Source: a virus
IMG/VR virus record: IMGVR_UViG_3300021389_000015
Span: 1 to 64,000 of that record
Strand: one strand, 5' to 3'
DNA: 64,000 bases
This document shows, one piece after another, positions 1 to 9,519 of this stretch. Position numbers and translations under genes: made by a program. Every line of letters begins with the position of its first letter. Position 1 is the first letter of the stretch. The notes under the pieces were generated by a model. The model made no database searches. It had not been told where the DNA came from and saw only the letters and a list, made by a program, of their open reading frames with translations.

Positions 1-3
1 TGA

Positions 4-129
4 GTTATTAATTTAGTAGTAGAAGATAATCAGCTTTCTCAGAATGAACAAAATACTGATTTTAGTACAGGTACAGATTTTATAGACTTTTCAGAAAATA
101 ACCCGTTTGGAGATGTGAGTAACAACTAA
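4..129 (+). CDS. gp14: C-terminal fragment of neck protein (T4 gp14-like), truncated by window
   Basis: Open frame ending FIDFSENNPFGDVSNN*, resembling the DFSExNPFG end of gp14; stop overlaps gp15 ATG; an in-frame TGA at 1-3 is unexplained. Confidence 0.7.
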   Translation, partial: VINLVVEDNQLSQNEQNTDFSTGTDFIDFSENNPFGDVSNN

Positions 130-917
130 TGTTTGGTGGACACTTTTATCACGAAAAAACTAAAAAGGCTGTTGCTTTATTCGGCAGGCTATTTAATAAT
201 ATATATGTAATTCGTAAGAATTCATCAGGTGCAGTGATAAGTCAAATTAAAGTTCCTTTATCTTACGCACCAAAACAAAAGTATCTTGAAAGAGTTAGAG
301 AAAATCCAAATTTAAATGATGACACTTCAGTTGCAATAAAACTACCAAGAATGTCATTTGAAATTACTTCAATTGCTTATGATGCAACAAGACAACTTGC
401 AAAGTTATCTACGTTTAATACTACTGCGTCTGATGCTAATGTAAATAAAAGACAAAAGTTTTTTACGCCAGTTCCTTATTCAATAAATTTTCAGTTAAAT
501 GCATATGCTAAATCACAAGATGATGCATTACAGATAGTAGAGCAGATACTGCCTACATTCAATCCTCAGTACTCTTTGACTATTAAACCTTTTGGAACTG
601 AATATCCATCTTTGGTTGAAGATATACCTATCATAATACAAGGTGTTTCATTCAGTGATGATTTTGAAGGTGCGATGGAACAAAGACGTACAATAATATA
701 CAGCATAGACTTCGAAATGAAGATAAGTTATCACGGTCCTATTGCTGATACTAATGTCATTCGTAGTAGTATTGCTTCATTATTTGATATAAATGCAGGC
801 CTCAGCGATTCTGATGTTGGTCTTGAAACAATAACAGTAACACCTAATCCTACCAGCGTAATTGGTTTGGCTGATAGCGATTTTGGATTTACAACAACCA
901 TAGTGGATAGCGCATAA
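129..917 (+). CDS. gp15: tail sheath stabilizer/completion protein
   Basis: HFYH, KVPLSYAPKQK, LPRMSFEI, QIVEQILPTF motifs; synteny. Confidence 0.92.
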   Translation: MFGGHFYHEKTKKAVALFGRLFNNIYVIRKNSSGAVISQIKVPLSYAPKQKYLERVRENPNLNDDTSVAIKLPRMSFEITSIAYDATRQLAKLSTFNTTASDANVNKRQKFFTPVPYSINFQLNAYAKSQDDALQIVEQILPTFNPQYSLTIKPFGTEYPSLVEDIPIIIQGVSFSDDFEGAMEQRRTIIYSIDFEMKISYHGPIADTNVIRSSIASLFDINAGLSDSDVGLETITVTPNPTSVIGLADSDFGFTTTIVDSA

Positions 918-1336
918 TGTATGAGTATAGATGTAAGGTAGTTAAAATAATAGACGGTGATACTGTAGACGTAGATATTGATTTAGGTTTCGGTGTTTGG
1001 ATGCATAAAGAAAGAGTGAGATTATACGGAATCGATACTCCTGAATCGAGAACTCGTGACTTAGAAGAAAAAAAATATGGGCTTGCTGCAAAAGCATTTT
1101 TAACTGGCATGTTAGATGATCCGGCTGGTATAATACTTAAAACACACAAAGATGCAACAGGTAAGTTTGGTAGAATACTAGGTGAGTTATGGAGAACGAC
1201 AAATTATGCTGATCAATCTATAAATGATTATATGATAGAAAAACATCATGCTGCAGCATATATGGGACAATCAAAAACTCATATAGAAGAACAACACTTG
1301 AAAAACCGTAAACTGGTGATATTAAATGAAGAATGA
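917..1336 (+). CDS. thermonuclease (SNase-like) family nuclease
   Basis: IIDGDT, VRLYGIDTPE, GKFGRILG motifs. Confidence 0.85.
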   Translation: MYEYRCKVVKIIDGDTVDVDIDLGFGVWMHKERVRLYGIDTPESRTRDLEEKKYGLAAKAFLTGMLDDPAGIILKTHKDATGKFGRILGELWRTTNYADQSINDYMIEKHHAAAYMGQSKTHIEEQHLKNRKLVILNEE

Positions 1337-1697
1337 TACGAGTAAATTCTTTCCTCCAGAAGAAAAGAATGTTGATAATGATTATAAGTATTCAAGAGAT
1401 ACATACTACGAATTAGTGGAAAAAGGAAAGCAGAGTCTTGAGCTTATGATTGAGGTTGCACGAGAAAGCGAACATCCGCGTGCATTTGAAGTTTTATCTG
1501 GTATGATTAAAAACATATCTGATGTTAACGATAGACTTATGGATTTAAATAAAAAGAAAAAAGACTTAGATCGAAAAGAAGAAATAAAAAATATTGCAAA
1601 TACTACAAACAACTTATTTGTTGGGTCAACCGCTGAATTACAAAAAATACTTAAGAATGATACGGACCTTGTAGATGTCACGCCAAAATCAAAATGA
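1326..1697 (+). CDS. gp16: terminase small subunit
   Basis: SEHPRAFEV and NNLFVGSTAELQK motifs; precedes gp17. Confidence 0.92.
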   Translation: MKNDTSKFFPPEEKNVDNDYKYSRDTYYELVEKGKQSLELMIEVARESEHPRAFEVLSGMIKNISDVNDRLMDLNKKKKDLDRKEEIKNIANTTNNLFVGSTAELQKILKNDTDLVDVTPKSK

Positions 1698-3276
1698 AAA
1701 TTATCTAGGTAATCCTAATATTAAAAAAGATGGTATCGTTCAAAACTGGACGAAAGACCAAATACGCGAATATGCGAAGTGTATGAAAAGTCCTGTTTAC
1801 TTTGTGGAAAAGTATGCAAAGATTATTTCATTGGATAAAGGTTTAGTACCATTTGAGTTATATCCATATCAAGCTAAAATGTTTAAACAGTTTGATACTA
1901 ATCGATTTAATGTAGTTTTAGCTTGCAGACAATCGGGAAAATCTATATCTGCGTGTGGTTACTTATTGTGGTTTGCTTTATTTCAACCTGAAAAAACTAT
2001 TGCAGTATTAGCTAACAAAGGTGCTACTGCTCGTGAGATGTTAGCAAGAATAACCATAATGCTTGAAAACATTCCGTTCTTTCTTCAACCCGGTTGTAAA
2101 GCTCTTAATAAATCTAATATTGATTTTAGTAATAATAGTCGTATTATTGCAGCTGCTACTTCTGGTCAATCTATTCGTGGTTTATCTGTTAACTTATTGT
2201 ATTTAGATGAGTTTGCATTTGTTGAAAGAGCTGCAGAATTTTACACTTCTACTTATCCTGTTATATCATCGGGTACTGACACTAAAATTATAGTAACATC
2301 TACTGCTAATGGAATAGGAAATACATTTCATAAAATATGGGAAGGGGCAGTCCAAGGCGTAAATGAATATAGTTACTTTAGAGTAGATTGGAATGATGTA
2401 CCGGGTCGTGATGAAAAGTGGAAAGAAGAAACTATTAACAATACTTCGCAAATACAATTTGATCAAGAATTCGGTAATACATTCTTTGGAACTGGTGATA
2501 CGTTAATTAACGCTCAGACGTTACTCGACTTACGAGCTTCAAATCCTATAAGAATGTTAGAAGGACGCGATATATTAATATATAAAGAACCTATTAAAGG
2601 CCATGAATACATTTTAGTTGCAGATGTATCAAAGGGAAGAGGACAGGACTACTCTTCTTTTTCCTTAATCGATATTAGCGCTCGCCCGTTTGAACAGGTT
2701 GCTGTGTACCGCAATAACACTATATCTCCATTACTCTTCCCTAATATTATATATAAGTATGCCAATGTCTACAACAAAGCTTATTGTATTGTAGAATCAA
2801 ATGATCAGGGCGGTGTTGTTTGTAATGGTTTATATTATGATTTAGAATATGAAAACGTTCATGTTGAATCTGCAATAAAAGCAAATGCAGTAGGTATTGA
2901 AATTACACGTAAATCTAAAAGACTAGGTTGTAGTGCACTTAAAGATTTATTAGAGAATCAAAAATTAAAAGTAGTTGATGAACAATCTATATTAGAAATA
3001 TCTACATTTGAAGCAAAGGGACAAACATTTCAAGCTTCTGTAGGTAATCATGATGACTTAGTTATGAATTTAGTTCTATTCGGATACTTTGTGTCTTCTG
3101 CGTATTTCTCTAATTTGACTGATTTGAACCTTAAAGATATCATTTTCAATAAAAAAATGAAAGAAATTAACGAAGATATAGTACCATTTGGGTTTATCGA
3201 TGATGGTACTGAATTTATACAGAAGATTGAAACACAAGATGACCCTTGGCAGATCGGATATGATAGAGATCTGTAA
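1675..3276 (+). CDS. gp17: terminase large subunit
   Basis: RQSGKS Walker A, LYLDEFAF Walker B, ADVSKG and HDDLVM nuclease motifs. Confidence 0.97.
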   Translation: MSRQNQNENYLGNPNIKKDGIVQNWTKDQIREYAKCMKSPVYFVEKYAKIISLDKGLVPFELYPYQAKMFKQFDTNRFNVVLACRQSGKSISACGYLLWFALFQPEKTIAVLANKGATAREMLARITIMLENIPFFLQPGCKALNKSNIDFSNNSRIIAAATSGQSIRGLSVNLLYLDEFAFVERAAEFYTSTYPVISSGTDTKIIVTSTANGIGNTFHKIWEGAVQGVNEYSYFRVDWNDVPGRDEKWKEETINNTSQIQFDQEFGNTFFGTGDTLINAQTLLDLRASNPIRMLEGRDILIYKEPIKGHEYILVADVSKGRGQDYSSFSLIDISARPFEQVAVYRNNTISPLLFPNIIYKYANVYNKAYCIVESNDQGGVVCNGLYYDLEYENVHVESAIKANAVGIEITRKSKRLGCSALKDLLENQKLKVVDEQSILEISTFEAKGQTFQASVGNHDDLVMNLVLFGYFVSSAYFSNLTDLNLKDIIFNKKMKEINEDIVPFGFIDDGTEFIQKIETQDDPWQIGYDRDL

Positions 3277-3279
3277 TTA

Positions 3280-3287
3280 TATAAATA
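3280..3287 (+). promoter_or_regulatory. T4-type late promoter (gp18)
   Basis: TATAAATA in intergenic gap upstream of gp18. Confidence 0.8.
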
Positions 3288-3345
3288 AGATATAATTGAA
3301 CAATCGTATTATGAAACTTGTAATTTAAAAATAAGGAATAACAAA

Positions 3346-5139
3346 ATGGCACTATTTTCACCATCGGAATCACCCGCGGTTGTTGTCAAAGAGATAGACC
3401 TGACTGGAGGAGTGCCTAACGTCCAGTCAACTACAGGCGCAATCGTAGGAAACTATAGATGGGGTCCGGCTGACAAACGAATGTTAATTGCTAATGAAAC
3501 AGAATTAGTAGATACGTTTGCTTCACCAGACTCTAATAATACAGTAGATTTTCACTCTGCATCATATTTCTTGAGATATTCAAGTAATATGCAAGTAGTA
3601 AGATCAATAACATCAACAGCAAAAAATGCGTTTTCGTCTGACTCTGCAAATTTCGCGCAGACACTTCAGAATGAAGATGTATTTGCAACTCAAGAAAGCT
3701 TTTTAATATCAGAGCAAAATACCTTTTTAGGTAGATATCCTGGTGATTTAGCTAACGGATTAACCATTGAAAGATGTGTAGCAGGAGATTCTGCAGCATT
3801 CCTCAATTGGACGTACGCACCTGAATTTGATGCAAAGCCCGAAACATCAACATTCATATCAAATAAAAACGGGCAGAATGACGAAGTACACGTAGTAGTA
3901 GTAGATGGACAAGGTAAATTTACAGGAACTAAAGGCGCAGTTCTTGAAAGATATCCTTTCTTATCAGTGGCAAAAGATGCTAAAAACACTACCGGTAGTT
4001 CTATCTTTGTAAGAGACGTTATTAACGAAAAGTCAAGTTATGTCTATATGGCAGCATTTGATTCAGATGTAAGTTTAGCTCAATTTTCAGGTTCTACTGC
4101 AATAGGACGAGCCGGCAGTTTATCAAGCGATAGTGGAGATGACTATAATATTGATGCTGCAACATACGACTCAGCAGGTAGTCCTGGCAAATATGTTAGA
4201 GCTTTTACCTTAGCTAATGGTGTGGCATCGGGAGTGTTAGGTACGAGCGAATACGCAACAGGTTATGATTTATTTGAAGACAAAGATCAAATTGAAATAG
4301 ACTTTTTGATTTCTCCAAGTATGGCAACTAGAACAAATCATGACACTGTAGTTTCAGACTTAATTGGTACTGCTGCAGCTCGAAAAGATTGTGTTACAGT
4401 ATTTTCACCGGCAAGAGATGATGTTGTTAACTTGACAAATTCAAGCACTATAACATCAAACATTACTGCAACAGGTGATGCTATAACACCATATTCATCA
4501 TATGCTTTCATGGACGGTAACTTCTTAAAAGTGTATGATAAATTTAACGATCAGTTCATATTCATACCTGCAGCTTCTTCAACAGCAGGAATTATGGCTG
4601 CAACTGATTTAAACAGAGCGGCATGGTTTTCACCTGCAGGTTCTAGAAGAGGTCAATACCTTGGAATCACTTCATTAGCATGGACACCGACAAAGGGGCA
4701 AAGAGATTCTTTATACAAAAAGAGTATAAATCCAATTGCAAATATTCCTGGGTCTGGTGTAATACTATTTGGTGATAAAACTGGACTTAGAAGATCATCT
4801 GCGTTTGATAGAATCAATGTAAGAAGACTATTCTTAATATTGGAAAGAGCAATATCAAGAGCAGCAGAGCAAGTACTCTTTGAATTCAATGATGAATTTA
4901 CAAGAGCAGAGTTCGTTAACATTATTGAACCAGTGCTAAGAGAAGTCAAAGGCCGAAGAGGTATCACAGACTTTAGAGTAGTAGCGGACGCAACTAATAA
5001 TACTGCGACAGTTATCGATAGGAATGAATTTAAAGCAGACATATTTATTAAGCCTGCACGTTCTATTAACTATGTCACATTAAATTTTGTAGCCGTAAGA
5101 ACTGGTGTAGACTTCGAAGAAGTCGTCGGTACGGTATAA
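3346..5139 (+). CDS. gp18: tail sheath protein
   Basis: SPAVVVKEIDLT N-terminus, WFSPAG, FDRINVRRLF, IKPARSIN. Confidence 0.97.
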   Translation: MALFSPSESPAVVVKEIDLTGGVPNVQSTTGAIVGNYRWGPADKRMLIANETELVDTFASPDSNNTVDFHSASYFLRYSSNMQVVRSITSTAKNAFSSDSANFAQTLQNEDVFATQESFLISEQNTFLGRYPGDLANGLTIERCVAGDSAAFLNWTYAPEFDAKPETSTFISNKNGQNDEVHVVVVDGQGKFTGTKGAVLERYPFLSVAKDAKNTTGSSIFVRDVINEKSSYVYMAAFDSDVSLAQFSGSTAIGRAGSLSSDSGDDYNIDAATYDSAGSPGKYVRAFTLANGVASGVLGTSEYATGYDLFEDKDQIEIDFLISPSMATRTNHDTVVSDLIGTAAARKDCVTVFSPARDDVVNLTNSSTITSNITATGDAITPYSSYAFMDGNFLKVYDKFNDQFIFIPAASSTAGIMAATDLNRAAWFSPAGSRRGQYLGITSLAWTPTKGQRDSLYKKSINPIANIPGSGVILFGDKTGLRRSSAFDRINVRRLFLILERAISRAAEQVLFEFNDEFTRAEFVNIIEPVLREVKGRRGITDFRVVADATNNTATVIDRNEFKADIFIKPARSINYVTLNFVAVRTGVDFEEVVGTV

Positions 5140-5150
5140 GGAGATAGAAA

Positions 5151-5678
5151 ATGGCAGTATTAGGCGTAGATGATTTTAAATCAAAGCTTAGAGGCGGCGG
5201 GGCTAGACCTAACCTCTTCAAAGCTACTATAAACTTTCCAGGTTACGCGAATGGAGACCCAGAACTGACATCTTTCCTTTGTGAAACAGCTCAGTTGCCA
5301 GGATCAACACTCGGTCAGATAATTGTACCTTTCAGAGGTAGACAATTAAAAATGGCCGGTGATAGAACATTCGACGTATGGACAGTCACAATAATCAACG
5401 ATACAGATTTTGCTATCAGAAATCCAATGGAAAGATGGATGAACGGCATGAATGCTCATTCTGCAAATACGGGTTTATCAACTCCAATTGCATATGAAGC
5501 AGATCTCTTAGTTGAGCAATTAGACAGATCAGGTGATGCTGTCAAAAAGTACACATTCAGAGGATCATATCCGCAAGATATGTCTCCAATTGAATTGAAC
5601 TATGGTTCAAATGATGAAATCGAAAGATTTACAGTATCATTTGCTTACCAGTACTATGAGACTGACACAACAACTTAA
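5151..5678 (+). CDS. gp19: tail tube protein
   Basis: GGARPNLF, PFRGRQLKMAGDRTF, WTVTIIND. Confidence 0.96.
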   Translation: MAVLGVDDFKSKLRGGGARPNLFKATINFPGYANGDPELTSFLCETAQLPGSTLGQIIVPFRGRQLKMAGDRTFDVWTVTIINDTDFAIRNPMERWMNGMNAHSANTGLSTPIAYEADLLVEQLDRSGDAVKKYTFRGSYPQDMSPIELNYGSNDEIERFTVSFAYQYYETDTTT

Positions 5679-5679
5679 G

Positions 5680-5687
5680 TATAAATA
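5680..5687 (+). promoter_or_regulatory. T4-type late promoter (gp20)
   Basis: TATAAATA right after gp19 stop. Confidence 0.8.
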
Positions 5688-5728
5688 TTAGGAGAGTCAA
5701 ATGGCTCTTCTAACTTAAAGGAATTATT

Positions 5729-7228
5729 ATGGCAGACAGTACGTTAAAATTATTTGGATTTGAAATAACGAGGACTAAAGACAAGAAATCAATCAAGTCT
5801 ATCGTTCCGCCACGTGACGATGATGGTGCAGGTTATGTAACCTCATCTACATCAGCAGCACATTACGGGCATTACGTCAATATGGAAGGCGATGATTCAA
5901 AAGATAACGTTCAATTAATATTAAAGTACCGTGGTTCAGCCATGCATCCAGAAGCAGATGCAGCAATAGAAGATATTGTAAATGAATCGATAACCTCAAA
6001 CGATATGAAACCAGCACTAACTTTAAACTTAGATAGAGTTCCAGTAAGTGCATCTATAAAGAAACAGATGCTTGAAGAGTTTGACAAAGTATATAACATG
6101 TTAAATTTTAAAGAATTAGGGCATGATATTTTTAGAAGATGGTACATTGATGGTAGACTATATCATCACTTAGTAGTTGATGAAAGCAATTTAGCTGCAG
6201 GTATTCAAGAAATAAGATATATTGATGCAGCAAAAATAAGAAAAGTTAAGCAAGTTCAAAAGAAGAAAGATCCTGTAACAGGTGCGAGTCTTGTAGAAAA
6301 AGTAGATGAGTTCTACATTTATCAAGAAAAGCCAGGGAATCAACAAAGTGCAATTAAATTAACTAACGATTCCGTAAGTTATTGTACTTCAGGATTATTA
6401 GATGAACACCGAAAGAAAGTTGTTTCTTTCTTGCATAAAGCACTGAAGCCGATTACACAATTAAGAATGATGGAAGACTCATTAGTGATTTACAGATTGG
6501 CAAGAGCTCCTGAAAGAAGAATGTTTTATATTGATGTAGGTAACTTACCACGTGGTAAAGCTGAGCAATATATGAAAGATATAATGGCAAAGTATCGAAA
6601 CAAATTAGTTTACGATGCTAAGACTGGTGAAATACGTGATGATCGTAAACATATGTCTATGCTGGAAGATTTTTGGCTACCGCGAAGAGAAGGCGGTCGT
6701 GGAACAGAAATATCTACATTACCGGGTGGAGAAAATTTAGGACAGATTGAAGATATTATATACTTTCAAAAGAGATTATATAGATCACTTAATGTTCCGT
6801 TGAATAGGCTTGAACAAGAACAACAGTTTTCATTAGGAAGAGCAACTGAAATAAGCAGAGATGAATTAAAGTTTCAAAAGTTTATCGATAGACTAAGAAA
6901 TCGATTTGCTACTTTCTTTTATGAAATACTTAAGAAACAATTATTAATGAAGAATATTATTACCGAAGAAGATTGGATGACATGGAAGAATGAAGTCAAT
7001 CTTGATTTTACACGTGATAATCATTTTTCAGAATTAAAAGAAGCAGAATTACTCAGAGAAAAAATACAAACACTCGATCAAATACAAAACTATGTCGGTG
7101 AATACTTTTCAAAACAATGGGTACAAAAGAATATTCTTCTTTTTGATGATGATGAAATCGAAAGAATGGATAGTGAAATGGCTGCAACTCAGCAGCAAGA
7201 ACCAGAAGACGACCAAGGAGCGATATAA
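5729..7228 (+). CDS. gp20: portal protein
   Basis: YRLARAPERRMFYIDVGNLP, MLEDFWLPRREGGRGTEI. Confidence 0.97.
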   Translation: MADSTLKLFGFEITRTKDKKSIKSIVPPRDDDGAGYVTSSTSAAHYGHYVNMEGDDSKDNVQLILKYRGSAMHPEADAAIEDIVNESITSNDMKPALTLNLDRVPVSASIKKQMLEEFDKVYNMLNFKELGHDIFRRWYIDGRLYHHLVVDESNLAAGIQEIRYIDAAKIRKVKQVQKKKDPVTGASLVEKVDEFYIYQEKPGNQQSAIKLTNDSVSYCTSGLLDEHRKKVVSFLHKALKPITQLRMMEDSLVIYRLARAPERRMFYIDVGNLPRGKAEQYMKDIMAKYRNKLVYDAKTGEIRDDRKHMSMLEDFWLPRREGGRGTEISTLPGGENLGQIEDIIYFQKRLYRSLNVPLNRLEQEQQFSLGRATEISRDELKFQKFIDRLRNRFATFFYEILKKQLLMKNIITEEDWMTWKNEVNLDFTRDNHFSELKEAELLREKIQTLDQIQNYVGEYFSKQWVQKNILLFDDDEIERMDSEMAATQQQEPEDDQGAI

Positions 7229-7533
7229 TGTCTGAAGAACAAACACCTGAGAATGTAAATACTATTGAAGATTTAGTTCAATATTCATTAGCACAAGATT
7301 ATAATAAAGCAAATGAAATATTTGGTAACGTAATAACTACTAAATTATCAGATGTATTAGATCAAGAAAAAATTAAGCTTGCAGGGCAAATATACAATGG
7401 TGATCCAGAGGAAGATATCGATGAACCAACCGATGAGGATCTTGAAGATGCAGGACAAGACGAAGACGAGGAAGAATCTGAAGATGAAGATGAAGAAGAG
7501 TCTGAAGAAGAATCTGAAGATGAATCTGTATAA
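7228..7533 (+). CDS. acidic prohead core protein (gp67-like by position)
   Basis: Small, Glu/Asp-rich tail, directly after portal. Confidence 0.55.
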   Translation: MSEEQTPENVNTIEDLVQYSLAQDYNKANEIFGNVITTKLSDVLDQEKIKLAGQIYNGDPEEDIDEPTDEDLEDAGQDEDEEESEDEDEEESEEESEDESV

Positions 7534-7544
7534 AACTGTAAATG

Positions 7545-7552
7545 TATAAATA
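7545..7552 (+). promoter_or_regulatory. T4-type late promoter
   Basis: TATAAATA. Confidence 0.75.
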
Positions 7553-7560
7553 TAGTTAAC

Positions 7561-7770
7561 ATGAAAACTTTTTCGCAACTTAGAGAATTGGCAGGTAGAA
7601 AGCCAGAAGGTAAGATGGTCTTTAACAAAAAGGTTAAAGGTGTCAAAGCAATGATACATAAAGAACGTAATGGATTTGTTGCTTATATAGATGGTGATAG
7701 ACTTGATGTATACAAAACTCAAAAAGAAGCAGAAAAAGCTATAACCGAATTTATGAAACAATATAAGTAG
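7561..7770 (+). CDS. small prohead-associated protein
   Basis: Between gp67-like gene and gp21; MKTFSQLRE N-terminus resembles a capsid-targeting sequence. Confidence 0.55.
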   Translation: MKTFSQLRELAGRKPEGKMVFNKKVKGVKAMIHKERNGFVAYIDGDRLDVYKTQKEAEKAITEFMKQYK

Positions 7771-7779
7771 GTACAGAAC

Positions 7780-8439
7780 ATGAAACTAATATCAGAATTT
7801 GCCGAAAATGATTTAAACTTTCTAGTTGAAGCAGACAAGAAAACTGGAAAGAAGAATTATAAAATACAAGGTATATTCGCACAAGCAGAAAAAAAGAATC
7901 GTAACGGTCGTATATATCCAATGCCAGTGATGGAAAAAGCACTTGGCAAATACAATGCTGATCAAGTAAGTAAGGGTAGAGCAGTTGGAGAACTTAATCA
8001 CCCTGAAGGACCGACCGTTAATTTAGATAAGGTTTCTCACAAAATCAATAAACTTGAATTTCAAGGTGATGATATTGTGGGTGAGGCAACGATACTAGAC
8101 ACTCCTATGGGTCAAATTGTAAAAGGTTTACTTGATGGCAATGTCCAGTTCGGTGTATCGACTCGTGGTATGGGAAGTTTGAGCCAGCGTAATGACACAA
8201 TGGTCGTAAATAGCGACTACATTCTTAATGCGGTAGATATCGTACAAGATCCATCTGCTCCTGGAGCTTTTGTTAATGGGATAATGGAAGGTGTTGAATG
8301 GGTTTGGAATAATGGCATTATAGAAGCGCAAACAATTGAAAAAATGGAGACTGAAATTAAAAAAGCTCCACGTGCTAATCTCTATGAGACACAGGTTCGT
8401 GAGTTCAAGAATTTCCTCTCGTTAATAAAATCAAAATAA
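7780..8439 (+). CDS. gp21: prohead protease
   Basis: NRNGRIYP, GELNHP, GVSTRGMGSL, DIVQDPSAP. Confidence 0.96.
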   Translation: MKLISEFAENDLNFLVEADKKTGKKNYKIQGIFAQAEKKNRNGRIYPMPVMEKALGKYNADQVSKGRAVGELNHPEGPTVNLDKVSHKINKLEFQGDDIVGEATILDTPMGQIVKGLLDGNVQFGVSTRGMGSLSQRNDTMVVNSDYILNAVDIVQDPSAPGAFVNGIMEGVEWVWNNGIIEAQTIEKMETEIKKAPRANLYETQVREFKNFLSLIKSK

Positions 8440-8449
8440 GGAGTCAAAT

Positions 8450-9508
8450 ATGACTGATAAAGAAATAGTAGAAGATCAGGATGTAGAACTCCATGAAGAC
8501 GAGAACGAAATCATGGACGAAGCACACGATCCTAAGAATGCTGAAGCTCAGTCAATAGCTGCTACTGATAAAGCTGCTGATGCTACCGGAAGCGCTCCAA
8601 AGCGTAAAGGTGACCAAACTAAGAAAGATCCTATGATTAAAACTAAAGCTGGCATGATTGCCGCAATAGTTGGAAAAATGCAGGGCATGAACAAACAAGC
8701 TATTACAGCAATGTATAATGGCAATGAAAGTTTTGCACCTGAAGGCGAGTCAATCGCTGAAGATGAAGTTAAAACTACTGTAAATGTAGAAGTAGACTTC
8801 AAGGATGATCTTAAAGCATTAGTATCTGAAGAAGCAACATTGTCAGATGATTTTAAGCAAAAAGCTGAAACTATCTTTGAAGCTGCAATCAATTCAAAAG
8901 TAAATGCTGAGATTGACAGATTAGAAGAAAAGTACAACGAAGAACTAGCCGAGGAAGTAGAAACTACTAAGGCAGATCTTGTAGAGAAGGTAGACAACTA
9001 TTTAAACTACGTGGTTGAAAACTGGATGGAAGAAAATAAATTAGCTATTCAAAACGGATTAAGAACTGAGATTGCTGAAGACTTTATGAATAAGATGAAA
9101 GATCTTTTCACAGAATCTTATATCACAGTACCGGATGAAAAAGTTGATTTAGTAGACGATTTAGCTGACCAAGTTGAAGAGTTAGAGGCAACTGTTAACG
9201 AATCAACACAGAAAGCAATCGACATGGCTGTTGAACTTGAAGGTTACAAAAGAGAAGCTATCATAAGAGAAGCTACTAAAGACCTAGCCGAAACTCAAGT
9301 TGAAAAGCTCAAGTCATTAGCAGAAAATGTAGATTTTGATGACGAAGAAACTTTCGCACAGAAAGTAGCTCAATTAAAAGAATCATATTTTGCTAAAGCT
9401 ACAAAGTCACAGGATGATACAATAGAAGAAGAAGATGCACCAGTAATGGTAACTTCAGATTCAATGGCGTCATACCTTAATGCAATCAAAAAAACTCAAG
9501 TTAAATAG
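8450..9508 (+). CDS. gp22: prohead scaffolding (core) protein
   Basis: Acidic coiled coil, VDNYLNYVVENWMEEN, LKESYF; precedes gp23. Confidence 0.92.
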   Translation: MTDKEIVEDQDVELHEDENEIMDEAHDPKNAEAQSIAATDKAADATGSAPKRKGDQTKKDPMIKTKAGMIAAIVGKMQGMNKQAITAMYNGNESFAPEGESIAEDEVKTTVNVEVDFKDDLKALVSEEATLSDDFKQKAETIFEAAINSKVNAEIDRLEEKYNEELAEEVETTKADLVEKVDNYLNYVVENWMEENKLAIQNGLRTEIAEDFMNKMKDLFTESYITVPDEKVDLVDDLADQVEELEATVNESTQKAIDMAVELEGYKREAIIREATKDLAETQVEKLKSLAENVDFDDEETFAQKVAQLKESYFAKATKSQDDTIEEEDAPVMVTSDSMASYLNAIKKTQVK

Positions 9509-9519
9509 GAGAGCAAGAT

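Noticed and set aside
1-3. In-frame TGA in the gp14-like frame (possible stop-codon recoding)
   Set aside because: TGA is a normal stop for many genes here (gp43, agt-like, glyA); a single codon at the sequence edge is more likely an edge artefact
7440-7530. GAAGA-rich repeats; also the GAAACACCAGCT duplication near 18315-18338
   Set aside because: Low-complexity coding sequence (acidic tail; ETPA repeat)
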